Shown here one piece after another: positions 1 through 9,715 of a stretch of DNA of 64,000 bases; positions within the stretch are counted from its first letter, which is position 1, and each line of letters begins with the position of its first letter. The DNA is taken from NCBI GenBank assembly GCA_964586635.1, contig CAZPGN010000003.1, forward strand, positions 8,945 to 72,944, read 5' to 3'. Origin of the DNA: an uncultured Candidatus Saccharibacteria bacterium. GTDB taxonomy: Bacteria > Patescibacteriota > Minisyncoccia > Phycocordibacterales > CAZPGN01. The notes beneath the pieces were generated by a model that did not search any database, had not been told where the DNA came from, and was given only the letters and a program-made list of their open reading frames with translations. Made by a program: the position numbers and the translations under genes.

Positions 1-383
1 ATCTTGCCGCGAGGAATACACGATTTGATGGCGCCGAACACGTCGTCATAGAGCTCCTTATCCACCTCCTGTTGTTTCCCGCTCGAGAGAAAATCGAGGG
101 CCTTTTTGTTAGAAACCGCGTCCTCGTTATAAAAACGGACAACGGCGTCTTCTTTCATCTGCGGATTAACATATACAAGCGAACATCTATTGCATCGCAC
201 GAAACTGAAGCCATTCTTTGTGAAGACTTCCGTATACTTCTTCCAGTTGCAGAGACGACACGATATTGCCTCGACAAGCTTTTTATGAACGCGTCCCGTC
301 TTCTGGTCAATAAGCGCATCTAATTCAGAATCACGCGCCTCAAAGAACTGGTTCCTCTTTGTAAGCTTGTCGAATGTGGACAT
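1..383 (-). CDS. Probable class I SAM-dependent methyltransferase with N-terminal Zn-ribbon (runs off window edge)
   Basis: Manual translation from ATG 383: MSTFDKLTKR...CRLCNWKKYTEVFTKNGFSFVRCNRCSLVYVNPQ; two CxxC pairs as in the 27187 protein; not in ORF track because it is open at the edge. Confidence 0.65.
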   Translation of the reverse strand, partial: MSTFDKLTKRNQFFEARDSELDALIDQKTGRVHKKLVEAISCRLCNWKKYTEVFTKNGFSFVRCNRCSLVYVNPQMKEDAVVRFYNEDAVSNKKALDFLSSGKQQEVDKELYDDVFGAIKSCIPRGK

Positions 384-400
384 AAAAGCATCGCGCGCGA

Positions 401-1669
401 TTATTGTTTTCGTGTTGATGGCGGCACGAGGGGCGTCTGTTGCAAGACTCCGAGCACTCGTTGTCCCGTTGCGGGGGGCTTCGGTTGGTTCATTTGCATC
501 GGAACCTTTCCTCGCTGGAATGTCCAACGGATGTGCGGATGCACTATATCGCGATCGATGTGTTCGCGCGCCACCATGATCTTTTTCATCATGCGCTCGA
601 TGACTTGTTCTGTTAAGAGATGCGGCATAAGACCAAGGTCAATGAGGGATGTATTTTTCGCATTGAAGTAGTGTTCTTCAGATTCGACTCGCGGATTATC
701 AGTATGCTCCACGGAAACTTTGATTCGAAGACTCTCGCCAACCTCCTTAACTTTTTTTGCGAGGTCTATGATGCTGAACATTTCCGTGAACTGGTTAAAG
801 ACACGAAACTCGCCGACTTTGGCTGGATTTGACACGGCGATTTCAATGCACTTAATAGTATCGCGGATATTGAGGAAGCCGCGGCTCTGACCGCCTTTGC
901 CATAAACTGTTAGCGGTATTCCGGCAACAGCTTGCGTTGCGAAGCGGTTCAGCACCGTGCCAAACACTTCATCGTAATGGAAGCTCGTCAGGAATTCGGG
1001 GTGGAAATCGGTCTCTTCCGTCTCAATGCCATACACAATCCCTTGATTGAGATCGGTGGCGCGCATTCCCCAGATGCGACATGCAAACTCTATATTATGG
1101 CTGTCGTGCACTTTTGATAGATGGTAGAAGGACCCGGGACGCTTTGGATAAAGCATGCGGTCTTTGCGCCCATTGTGCTCTAGCTCTATCCACCCCTCCT
1201 CAATGTCGATATTCGGCGTGCCATATTCTCCCATCGTTCCCAATTTAACTAGATGAGCGTCAGGACAATGCCGCTTCATGGCGAAGACGACATTCAATGT
1301 GCCTGATATGTTGTTCACTTGCGTATGCACCGCATTGAGGCGAGAGTGCATCGAGTAAGGAGCAGAGGGCTGTTCCGCGTAGTGCACTATCGCATCCGGG
1401 TGAAATGCGCGAAAGATGGTGTACACAAAGCGATGGTTCGCGGCAATATCCCCGACATACAGCTTTATCGGCTTTTCGCCTGAATTGTTCCATAGGCGAA
1501 CGCGCCGCTGGAGTGTAGGAATATGGAAGAGCGGGGTAACGCCCATCTCTGCCTCCCACGCGCGTTTTGAGAGATTATCAACGATGGCGACTTGATGGCC
1601 CCTTCGGGCAAAGTGCATCGCTGTCGGCCATCCCAAATATCCATCTCCGCCCAGAATAATGATGCGCAT
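401..1669 (-). CDS. sqdB: UDP-sulfoquinovose synthase (SqdB/SQD1/Agl3 family)
   Basis: GGDGYLGWPTA, HYAEQPSAPYSM, HLVKLGTMGEYGTPNIDIEEG, GSFYHLSKVHDS, RATDLNQGIVYG, FRVFNQFTE, NPRVESEEHY motifs. Confidence 0.93.
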   Translation of the reverse strand: MRIIILGGDGYLGWPTAMHFARRGHQVAIVDNLSKRAWEAEMGVTPLFHIPTLQRRVRLWNNSGEKPIKLYVGDIAANHRFVYTIFRAFHPDAIVHYAEQPSAPYSMHSRLNAVHTQVNNISGTLNVVFAMKRHCPDAHLVKLGTMGEYGTPNIDIEEGWIELEHNGRKDRMLYPKRPGSFYHLSKVHDSHNIEFACRIWGMRATDLNQGIVYGIETEETDFHPEFLTSFHYDEVFGTVLNRFATQAVAGIPLTVYGKGGQSRGFLNIRDTIKCIEIAVSNPAKVGEFRVFNQFTEMFSIIDLAKKVKEVGESLRIKVSVEHTDNPRVESEEHYFNAKNTSLIDLGLMPHLLTEQVIERMMKKIMVAREHIDRDIVHPHIRWTFQRGKVPMQMNQPKPPATGQRVLGVLQQTPLVPPSTRKQ

Positions 1670-1693
1670 ACTGAATCGTTCCGTTACGCTAAA

Positions 1694-2371
1694 TTACATC
1701 GTGTGCAAGCCGCACTCTCCCCCAACATTTGTCGTGCCGCCAAATCGTCCCGCACGCTCAAACTGGCCTTGACGACCGCCGCCTGCTCGAACCTTACCTT
1801 CTGTGGTGCATGGCTTGCATCCGAGCGAGGCATACCCCGCGTCGTAAAGCGGATGATAGCTTAGGCCATTCTCCTTTATGTACGACCACACATCATCCTT
1901 GTCCCAAAACGCGATGGGATTCACTTTGACTATCTTGCCTGGTTCAAAAATGCGGATATTCTGACGATATTCAGTCTCGTCGCGGCGCAAGCCCGTGAAC
2001 CACGCGTCATAACCCTTCATCGCGGCTTCGATGGCGGGTATCTTCATCTCACAGCATTTGTACTGGTCATTCTTGATGAACGAGTCCCCGTAGGCGGCGT
2101 CAATCTGTGCGCGTTCTTCGGGAGATGCGGTTACCCAGCGGAAGTTCATTCCGGTTTCTTTTACCAAATCTTCCCCGAATTGCATCGTTTCCGGAAATTC
2201 ATAACCGGTATCAATGCCAATAAAATGAAAATTAGGATCTATCGCCATGATAAGATCCACGAGAACGCGAGAGTCCTTGCCAAATGAGCATGCGACGAAG
2301 CTTTTCGGATGCCTCCGAATCGCATTATCGATAATAATCTTGGACAACTCAACTTTTTGGGTGAGATTCAT
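1694..2371 (-). CDS. cysH: APS/PAPS reductase, [4Fe-4S] APS-reductase type
   Basis: SFGKDS, IDTGYEFPET, CC..K, WFTGLRRDE, YHPLYDAGYASLGCKPCT, C-terminal ECGLH; likely start ATG 2371. Confidence 0.9.
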   Translation of the reverse strand: MNLTQKVELSKIIIDNAIRRHPKSFVACSFGKDSRVLVDLIMAIDPNFHFIGIDTGYEFPETMQFGEDLVKETGMNFRWVTASPEERAQIDAAYGDSFIKNDQYKCCEMKIPAIEAAMKGYDAWFTGLRRDETEYRQNIRIFEPGKIVKVNPIAFWDKDDVWSYIKENGLSYHPLYDAGYASLGCKPCTTEGKVRAGGGRQGQFERAGRFGGTTNVGGECGLHTM

Positions 2372-2526
2372 ATGTGTTTTATCTCCTGCCAATTAATAAT
2401 GTAGCCGCGCATCGCGCAAGCATTTGTCGACTACAACAGTTATACCATCCCTAAAGTTACATCCACAATATAGACAGGGTGCGTAATCCGTGCGGAAGTA
2501 AATACGGCGCCCCTTGCAGGAGGGTC

Positions 2527-2801
2527 GAAGGGGTCAGGAGCCTTCATGCATGATATACCCAATTAATGCCTCGTTCACCGCGCACCGATGTTGCTGATAC
2601 GGTCTATCACGTAATCAACCGCGCAAATGCGCTGAACGAACCGCAATCAGATGAGGAGCTTGCCGCACTACGGCTTGCTGTCAATCGTGGTCGACCGTTC
2701 GGAAGTGACAAATGGCTCGAGCGCTGCGTTGAACAGTTCAACCTGCGTTCGACACTACGCAACCGTGGTGGGCAGAGAAAATGAAGGCTCCTGACCCCTT
2801 C
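2527..2801 (+). mobile_element. Miniature non-autonomous RAYT (HUH Y1 transposase) element bounded by 21-bp inverted repeats
   Basis: GAAGGGGTCAGGAGCCTTCAT (2527-2547) and its exact reverse complement (2781-2801) flank a RAYT remnant. Confidence 0.75.
2566..2784 (+). pseudogene. Internally deleted REP-associated tyrosine transposase (RAYT) remnant, 72 aa
   Basis: N-terminal MPRSPR...YHVINRAN joined directly to a C-terminal NEPQSDEELAALR.AVNRGRPFGS..W...LRSTLRNRG tail; HUH motif and catalytic Tyr region absent. Confidence 0.75.
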
Positions 2802-4158
2802 ATCTCTCGCCGAGTATTGCCGCGGCAATCCGCGCGCCCGCTGTGCCGTCCACTTTAGAGCACTGCTCTCGCACCAGGCGTTCTCTTCCGGAGCGATCGA
2901 TCGATGGGTCTTCGAGGTAACGGTCGATCCACTCCACAAGCTCTTCCTTTGACTTCGCCATGTGTATCCCTCCCGCGAGGAGTCCGCGGGAGTAGTGCTC
3001 GGTCTCGTAGCGGCGCGTTGGCGTTTGGAACGGACCTTGCCCGTTTCGCACTTCAAATCCAATATTGATAATTGGCTTGTCAAAGAGCGCGGCATCTATC
3101 GCAAGACTCGATGCATACGAAACAAAAAGCGAAGCATGATAGAGCGTATTCTTCAGATGGCGCAACTCATCAAACCGCATGTCCCAATCCATTCCCCGCA
3201 GAGCGCCAAATCGCACGCCGGGAATATCGTAACGGAGCCATGGCCGTTCCGCGTGCCGAGCATCGAACGAGTCGTTCGGGAGAAAGCGCACGAAGAAATT
3301 ATATGGTCTTTGCGCCCGTTTCTCCATCTCGTTATGGAACAGATCTATCATATCCCAATCAGAATCGCTCCATGTGCTTCCCATTGGGCTGAATACGACA
3401 AGCGGCAGGCGAGAATCCATTTTAATTTTCTTAAAAAAATCCTCTCTCGAAATAATTCCATCGGTATTTGTATAGTCATCGTATTGAGGAGGACCCGATA
3501 CAACGATTCGCTCCGGCTGAATATCCACAAACCGCAAGGCGTCCTCCAGAACGAAATCACTTGGAACTATCAGTGTGTCGGGATGCAAACGCACCGACCC
3601 GCGCGATGTTGTTTTATCCCATGAGTTAATGAAGCCAATAGTGCGAATGCCGCGCGCTCGCGCCGCCCGAAGCATGCTTGTCTCTATGTCACTGAAGAGA
3701 TTAGATAGAAAGACGCAGTCTGGTTCATAGCGATGAAAAACATCATCAAATGACGATTCCCAACAGAGACGATAATCAAGGAACCGAACAAATTGCCGCA
3801 CCGCAGGCCGGGCAAGGAGCATGGTGGCAAGCGAACTAGCCATATAACGAAGGCGGTTTCGGCTTTCTTCGTAGACAAGTCGCTTGTATAACCGCATCGT
3901 TTTCGTCTGTATAAGGTACTGTCGTACGAATTCAAAAATCCCATTCAAACGCGACAGCCGTGGCTTTTCCACTACTTCGTAATACAGATTCTGGTGGTCA
4001 TATTCAGCTCGATAAAAATCAGCGCGTTCTTTGCTTTTTACAAACAGCACAACACGCGCACCTGAATCGAGGAGAGCGCCGAGGATATTGGTGCGCAGAA
4101 TGCTTTTCGCTTCTACGCCAACCAAAATCGATATGAAAATTGTTTTTTGTATTGCCAA
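2800..4158 (-). CDS. Uncharacterised GT-B-like protein (CDP-glycerol glycerophosphotransferase-like), paralogue 1 of 4
   Basis: INSWDK, GPPQYDDY, SREDF, LYHAS...SSLAIDAALFDKPIINIGF, YLEDP motifs shared with 28065, 29471 and 30880. Confidence 0.6.
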   Translation of the reverse strand: MAIQKTIFISILVGVEAKSILRTNILGALLDSGARVVLFVKSKERADFYRAEYDHQNLYYEVVEKPRLSRLNGIFEFVRQYLIQTKTMRLYKRLVYEESRNRLRYMASSLATMLLARPAVRQFVRFLDYRLCWESSFDDVFHRYEPDCVFLSNLFSDIETSMLRAARARGIRTIGFINSWDKTTSRGSVRLHPDTLIVPSDFVLEDALRFVDIQPERIVVSGPPQYDDYTNTDGIISREDFFKKIKMDSRLPLVVFSPMGSTWSDSDWDMIDLFHNEMEKRAQRPYNFFVRFLPNDSFDARHAERPWLRYDIPGVRFGALRGMDWDMRFDELRHLKNTLYHASLFVSYASSLAIDAALFDKPIINIGFEVRNGQGPFQTPTRRYETEHYSRGLLAGGIHMAKSKEELVEWIDRYLEDPSIDRSGRERLVREQCSKVDGTAGARIAAAILGER

Positions 4159-4161
4159 GGT

Positions 4162-5223
4162 CTACGCAACATCCTCAAGCTGGACCTGCTCATCTTCTTC
4201 AAGCGCACGCTTCAGCTTCTTCCCGACTATTTTCGAGATATACTCGGGTCCAATGCCGCCCTTAAACGGCCTTTTCAGGAGCAACATGTCCCTCGAGAGC
4301 GTCATCCCTTTTTCAAGCGCAGTTGCGGCAACAATGCTCTGTCCCGCCCAATTCCTGCCCGATACCAGCATTTCTTGGCGCCGTTTCTCTGGAATGACGG
4401 CGCTGGATTTTTCCAATTCTCTCACCTTTCGAACGAAATCATTCCATTCCGCCGGCGTAAGAGCGCCTGGATTGTCGAGCGATCGCGGGTCATTCTTATC
4501 GAAGGTCAGATGTTTTTCGATTATCGGGGCGCCAAGCGCAACTGCCGCGAGCAACACATGGTCGCCAACCGAGTGGTCGGAAAAACCGACAGGTATGGAA
4601 AGTATCTTTTCGAGATGCTTCATGCGATGGAGGTCTACCAACTCATATGGGGTCGGGTAGAGGGTCGTGCAATGCATGGCGATAACTCCATCAGCGCCCC
4701 CGTCCTGGAGCGTTTTTACCGCCTTAATCGCTTCCTTATCCGTCTGCAAACCAAAAGAAACTATGACTGTCTTTCCCGTTTTCGCAACCTTCTTAAGGAA
4801 GTCGATATTATGCGACTCGCCCGACCCGATCTTTATCACTGGACATTCAAGCTCATATGCCAAATATTCAAGCGCAACCTCATCATGCGGCGATGCGAAC
4901 CAGTCAATAGCTCCACCACCGCGAAGCGAAACATATTCCTTGAGATGAGAGATGTCTTCATTTGACAGCTCCTTGTACTTCATCCGTCGATACCAATCAT
5001 ACCCGAGTTCCTTCTCATGCTTTTTTGCCGCGAATCGAGATACTATCAGTTCTGTTTTTGTAAACTGATACTTAATTGCGTCGGCGCGGGCCGCAATGGC
5101 CGCATTTGCTTGGCGTTTCGCTATCTCAACGTCGCCATAGTTCGTCACTCCGGCTTCGGCAATGATATATACCGGCTCGTTCGGGCCAATTTTTTTGTTG
5201 AATATACGCACTGATCTGTTCAT
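4162..5223 (-). CDS. neuB: Nonulosonic acid synthase (NeuB family) with C-terminal SAF domain
   Basis: YIIAEAGV, ADAIKYQ, IKIGSGE, MHCTTLYPT, VGFSDHS, IIEKHLT, KRPFKGGIGP. Confidence 0.9.
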   Translation of the reverse strand: MNRSVRIFNKKIGPNEPVYIIAEAGVTNYGDVEIAKRQANAAIAARADAIKYQFTKTELIVSRFAAKKHEKELGYDWYRRMKYKELSNEDISHLKEYVSLRGGGAIDWFASPHDEVALEYLAYELECPVIKIGSGESHNIDFLKKVAKTGKTVIVSFGLQTDKEAIKAVKTLQDGGADGVIAMHCTTLYPTPYELVDLHRMKHLEKILSIPVGFSDHSVGDHVLLAAVALGAPIIEKHLTFDKNDPRSLDNPGALTPAEWNDFVRKVRELEKSSAVIPEKRRQEMLVSGRNWAGQSIVAATALEKGMTLSRDMLLLKRPFKGGIGPEYISKIVGKKLKRALEEDEQVQLEDVA

Positions 5224-5293
5224 GTTGATTGATACATTCGCATTTTACATATTGGAAAACAATACACAATCAGTCAAAGTTACCCGCGTCGAG

Positions 5294-6475
5294 TCAAGCC
5301 ACTTTCTTTTCCAAGAGCCTCTCGTCGAGAGATAGTTTTTTTAGTATTTGAATGATTTTTTCGGAAGCGTGACCATCGCCAAGATGCGGTCGGGCACGAG
5401 CTATCCGTTCGCGAAATGCGCCATCATTGATGCATTTATTGATCGCGGCTCGAATCGCTTTTTTGCCCGCAGTAATGTCGAGAACATTGATATTTCTTGT
5501 TCGCCCGATCTGTCGAATCCCGATATTGATAGCCGGTAACTTGAAGTATGGCGCCTCAACGAGCGCGCTTGAAGAATTCCCGACAATGAAGGAGGCATTG
5601 GCAAGAAGGCCATGAAAGTCGAATGCTTCGATATTTTTATGGACATGAAGGAGCGGCGAACCTTTCTTTTCTTCGATCGCGCGAATGATTCCATCATATC
5701 CGGGGTCGGAACAAGGATACATGATAATTGCCGGCAGTCTGGCATATTCGAGCTCGTCCAGAATGAGCCGCATATCGCGATAATTTTCTTCACGGGACTT
5801 TAATGTCTCGGGGTGATATATCACGATCGCAAAAGACCCCGTCTCGGGCATACGATACTTCCGACAAGCATCTCTCGGGTCACGATAATTCTTGGCAACA
5901 ATACGATCAACATACACCGATCCTGTCTCGTGGATACGCCACGGTTCTTCACCGAGCGCACGAAGAATTTTTGCCGCTTTTCTTGTTTCCGGAAAATGAA
6001 TGTGCGCAAGCTTGGAAATTGCATGTCGCTGTGTGTCGTCTATATTCCCCGATATTTCTCCTCCTTGCGTATGCGCGACTGGAATGTTCTGCGCGATCGC
6101 AGCGAGCGCGACCATCAGGTGTTCGGCGCGGTCGGCGTGCACAATCACGATATCTGGCGCAAGTCGCTCGAGAGCTCGCGCCGCAAGAGAGAGACACTTC
6201 CCCAGATTCTCGGCTCGCGCCGCAGGTTCGTCGCAAACTCCCGTCCCCATATCCAGAACCTCGATCCTCGCTTTTGGAAAGAGCTTCCGCGCCTCATCCG
6301 CTGTCCTTCCGAATGTCGCCGATGCATGCATATCGGAAAGAAGTATCTGGAGTCTCAATTCCGAATCGTCCTCAATGAGTCTCATGAGTTTGACATATGC
6401 GCCCAACCCGCCGCGCTTGCCGGAAAACACGCACAGCGTGCGTGGTCGATTCTGTTTTTTTGCACTTTTTTTCAT
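5294..6475 (-). CDS. neuC: UDP-N-acetylglucosamine 2-epimerase, hydrolysing (NeuC family)
   Basis: HTQGGEISGNIDDTQRHAISKLAHIHF, GEEPWRI, YHPET, YPCSDPG, IVGNSSS, INIGIRQIGR, GDGHASEKI; adjacent to neuB. Confidence 0.87.
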   Translation of the reverse strand: MKKSAKKQNRPRTLCVFSGKRGGLGAYVKLMRLIEDDSELRLQILLSDMHASATFGRTADEARKLFPKARIEVLDMGTGVCDEPAARAENLGKCLSLAARALERLAPDIVIVHADRAEHLMVALAAIAQNIPVAHTQGGEISGNIDDTQRHAISKLAHIHFPETRKAAKILRALGEEPWRIHETGSVYVDRIVAKNYRDPRDACRKYRMPETGSFAIVIYHPETLKSREENYRDMRLILDELEYARLPAIIMYPCSDPGYDGIIRAIEEKKGSPLLHVHKNIEAFDFHGLLANASFIVGNSSSALVEAPYFKLPAINIGIRQIGRTRNINVLDITAGKKAIRAAINKCINDGAFRERIARARPHLGDGHASEKIIQILKKLSLDERLLEKKVA

Positions 6476-6488
6476 AGAATGGATGGCG

Positions 6489-7871
6489 TCACCCAACTGC
6501 TTGGCGAGTGTGAGCAAACCTGCGGAACCGTCTTGTTAAAAGCGCGATCAATTTCTTGTCGTCGGCCGTATATGACACGAGCTCGCCCCAAGCAAGAGGC
6601 ATCAGGAAACCTCCTTGAACCAAATGCCGATAGACAAGCATGGTCGTACCCGTAAGAGCAAGTATTTCAGCAACAGCAGTCCCCAAAATGCCAAACAACG
6701 GAATGAAGGCAATCAAGAAAACAAGGCTCGCAATAGATTGCACAGCTCTCGAAATGAAGATAAATCGCTGACGCCGCCATGCTATAAGGAACGCTCCGAT
6801 AAGCTTCCCGTATGTATATGCGGGAATTGATAGCGCAAGTAGAAGAAAGAGCGAGACAGATTCGCCAAACTTAGGGAACAGAAAATATACCGTGAGCGGA
6901 AACACGCCAGCTCCGAGAAATGCAAGCGCGCCGCCGGCAAGCAAGTAATACTTTCCGAGCACGCGCGAGAGCATTTTTGTATATTCTCTATTCTCGATCG
7001 TTCTCGGTATCAATGTCGCAAGCGTTTGCCGCGGGATGAAATTTTTCAAAAGGTCAACCGCCGTGTTTGCCACACCGAACACACCCACAGCTTCCGTGCC
7101 AAGAAAGAACTTCAGAAGCCATGGCCGGATGCGAACACCCGCATCGCGCACGAGCGTTTGCGGGATTTCCCATTTCCCGAAAGTTCGGATGATATCAGGC
7201 AATAGTGACCCTGACGCAGCTCTTATTTTATTCCAAGACCGCAACTGCGCCACGGTTGGACGCAAAAGAAATAAGAGTGCGACTATCGAAGCCGCGACCT
7301 GTGCCGCCACCACTTCAGCAATGCTCAATCGTCCGACAACAGCGAACGCCGCAAGTATCAAAGCTTGCGAGAACTTCTCTATCGCCGGCGCTTTCGCGGC
7401 GGTCCTGAAATCAAGCCGCAACTTGAGGAGCGTCAATGACAGAGTCTCGAGAGTCTCAATGATGAAAAGAATGGAGAGGATGCGGATCCAGAGGATTGCG
7501 TCAGGCCCAAACGAACTCGACAGGTACGGTGCTATGGCGAAGGTAATCAAAAAAGGGATAGCGCCCATACCCGTGCGAAAGAGCGCGTATTCAAAAAAGA
7601 GACGCTTGCTCTTGCCTTCTTCCGCTCGCGCGATCGAACGAGCGATATCATTGGTAACCGAATCTTGAAAAAGCGTCAGAAATAGGCCCGCGACAAGCGC
7701 ATAACCCGCGAGAAGAAGCTGATACACGCCGTACTGATATAGCGTAAGAGCGTCGAGTATGAAATAAATGCTCACTACGCCGATACTCTTCTGTATAAGA
7801 GTCCACGCGCCAATGGTCAACTCGCCATGGAGAAATGAGCGCGAAAATGAAAATTGTTTCGATTCATTCAT
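6489..7871 (-). CDS. Wzx-like oligosaccharide flippase
   Basis: 460 aa, many hydrophobic segments, YGVYQL and FLGTEAVGVF motifs of polysaccharide exporters. Confidence 0.75.
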   Translation of the reverse strand: MNESKQFSFSRSFLHGELTIGAWTLIQKSIGVVSIYFILDALTLYQYGVYQLLLAGYALVAGLFLTLFQDSVTNDIARSIARAEEGKSKRLFFEYALFRTGMGAIPFLITFAIAPYLSSSFGPDAILWIRILSILFIIETLETLSLTLLKLRLDFRTAAKAPAIEKFSQALILAAFAVVGRLSIAEVVAAQVAASIVALLFLLRPTVAQLRSWNKIRAASGSLLPDIIRTFGKWEIPQTLVRDAGVRIRPWLLKFFLGTEAVGVFGVANTAVDLLKNFIPRQTLATLIPRTIENREYTKMLSRVLGKYYLLAGGALAFLGAGVFPLTVYFLFPKFGESVSLFLLLALSIPAYTYGKLIGAFLIAWRRQRFIFISRAVQSIASLVFLIAFIPLFGILGTAVAEILALTGTTMLVYRHLVQGGFLMPLAWGELVSYTADDKKLIALLTRRFRRFAHTRQAVG

Positions 7872-7873
7872 AT

Positions 7874-9673
7874 CTATATCGTCACATTGCCGAGACGCGA
7901 CATTTTGTAGAAATATGAATCTGTATCTCGTAGGAGCTCGTGCGGAGCTCCGCTTTCGCGGACCATACCTTTGTCAACCACATAGATACGGTCGGCATCC
8001 GTTACTGTGGAGAGACGGTGCGCGATAACTATCATAGTCATGGAACCCTTGAGCTGTCGCAAAGTTTCCCGTATTGCCCGCTCCGATTCATTGTCAAGCG
8101 AGCTCGTTGCCTCGTCCAATATTAATATGGATGGCTTGCGCACCAGCGCGCGCGCGAGTGCAATGCGCTGGCGTTCGCCTCCCGAAAGCCGAGAACCGCG
8201 TTCTCCAACGATCGTGTGAAATCCATCCGGGAGGGCTGACACGAAATCGTACACATTCGCATGTTGGGCCGCTTCCATGATTTGTTCGTCCGTTATCGCG
8301 CTGTCATAGAAGCGGATATTTTCGGCAATGCTTGCATTCTTAAGAAATACCTCTTGCGACACATATGCCGCCATCGTTCTCCATTCGCGAATACTCATAC
8401 CACTAAGATTCTTGCCGTCCAGAAGTATCGTCCCCGAAGTCGGGTCGACGAACCGGAGCATAAGGTCTGCGAGCGTAGTCTTTCCCGACCCCGAGGGTCC
8501 CAGTATGCCGATCGTTTCTCCGCGCTTAATTGCAATATGGATATCATGTATCACCTCCGCTCCGCCATGGCCGAACGAAATCTTCTCAAGCGCAATATCG
8601 CGATCGAACATGGGCGTTCCTGTGCCACTCTGCGGTTCCGCATTTGCCTGCAAGCTCTCGATAATACACTCAAGCGAACGGGCGTGAGGAAACACGCCGT
8701 TCAAGAGATTAATGGAGGTTTGCACCTTCTCAATGCGCAAGAAAATCTGCTGGGTCAAATATATGATAGGTACGAATGCGCCGAGGTCGAAGGTGAGAAA
8801 TTTGTACGATATGGCGAAAATAGCCAGCACGAAAAGTACCGTGATCGGCTCAACTGAAACCTTGATGAATGTTTTCAGGTCGAGTTTTCGCACTTCGGCG
8901 CGCTCGTTCTCGTCGAACAAGGCGGCTGTTCGTCGCAAAACGGTTTGTTCCGCTCCGAATGCCTTAATTGATTTAATGCCAATAATAACCTCGCTTATGG
9001 TTCGTGCTATTTCCTTCGAGGTCGTCACCAGCGTTTTTGAGACAACCCGCAGTTTTCTACCGACCGGACGGAGCGCGATGAGCGCAATAATCCCTACCGT
9101 GAGCGTGAGCAGAGCGATCGAAGGCGATAACGCCACTGACACAACAACATAAGTAATGAGCGTAGTAATGTGGAGTATCGCCGAGATCGCCGTATCGAGC
9201 ATCCGTGCGCTCGCCTCAACATCAGTCAATATGACATAGTCGATGTGGCCAAGTTTTTGCTTGCGTAAGAATGGAACAGATGCGCCGAGCAAATTCTTTA
9301 ACAATTTTCCGCGAGTCGAAACTTTGTACGCGCTCACGATACGCGTTTTTTTCATGCCATAGTACGCGAGTAGTATCGCCTTCCCTATAAAAAGCAGAGC
9401 AACCGCGGCAAGCAGAATTTGAAAACTTAACCGAATATCCAAAATAGAAAGCGCGCTATCAAGAAAACGGGTCGCAAAATTGTCTCCGAGGGCGCTGTCT
9501 CCATCGCCAAGGAGCGACCCGAAAAGAGGTACTACAAGACTGATGCCGAGTCCTTCAATAAAGCCCGCGAACACTCCCGTCAGCGAAAGCCCAATGAGGC
9601 GGGTGTGGTGCCCCGAATAAAGCGTCTTGAATAATTTGACTACCCTGGCGTAATAACGCAGAACATTCTTCAT
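7874..9673 (-). CDS. ABC exporter, fused permease/ATPase (PglK/MsbA-like)
   Basis: N-terminal TM domain; GPSGSGKTT, LSGGERQR, ILDEATSSLD, IAHRLST. Confidence 0.9.
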   Translation of the reverse strand: MKNVLRYYARVVKLFKTLYSGHHTRLIGLSLTGVFAGFIEGLGISLVVPLFGSLLGDGDSALGDNFATRFLDSALSILDIRLSFQILLAAVALLFIGKAILLAYYGMKKTRIVSAYKVSTRGKLLKNLLGASVPFLRKQKLGHIDYVILTDVEASARMLDTAISAILHITTLITYVVVSVALSPSIALLTLTVGIIALIALRPVGRKLRVVSKTLVTTSKEIARTISEVIIGIKSIKAFGAEQTVLRRTAALFDENERAEVRKLDLKTFIKVSVEPITVLFVLAIFAISYKFLTFDLGAFVPIIYLTQQIFLRIEKVQTSINLLNGVFPHARSLECIIESLQANAEPQSGTGTPMFDRDIALEKISFGHGGAEVIHDIHIAIKRGETIGILGPSGSGKTTLADLMLRFVDPTSGTILLDGKNLSGMSIREWRTMAAYVSQEVFLKNASIAENIRFYDSAITDEQIMEAAQHANVYDFVSALPDGFHTIVGERGSRLSGGERQRIALARALVRKPSILILDEATSSLDNESERAIRETLRQLKGSMTMIVIAHRLSTVTDADRIYVVDKGMVRESGAPHELLRDTDSYFYKMSRLGNVTI

Positions 9674-9715
9674 GGCTACATTGTGCGCCAACAATCCCCT
9701 ATAACTATATGATTG

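Noticed and set aside
2457-2467. DnaA-box-like ACATCCACA
   Set aside because: Two mismatches, single copy, no origin context
4147-4965. 272-aa plus-strand ORF and similar long ORFs (2962, 5813, 13384, 36502)
   Set aside because: Antisense shadows of well-supported genes, with no recognisable motifs
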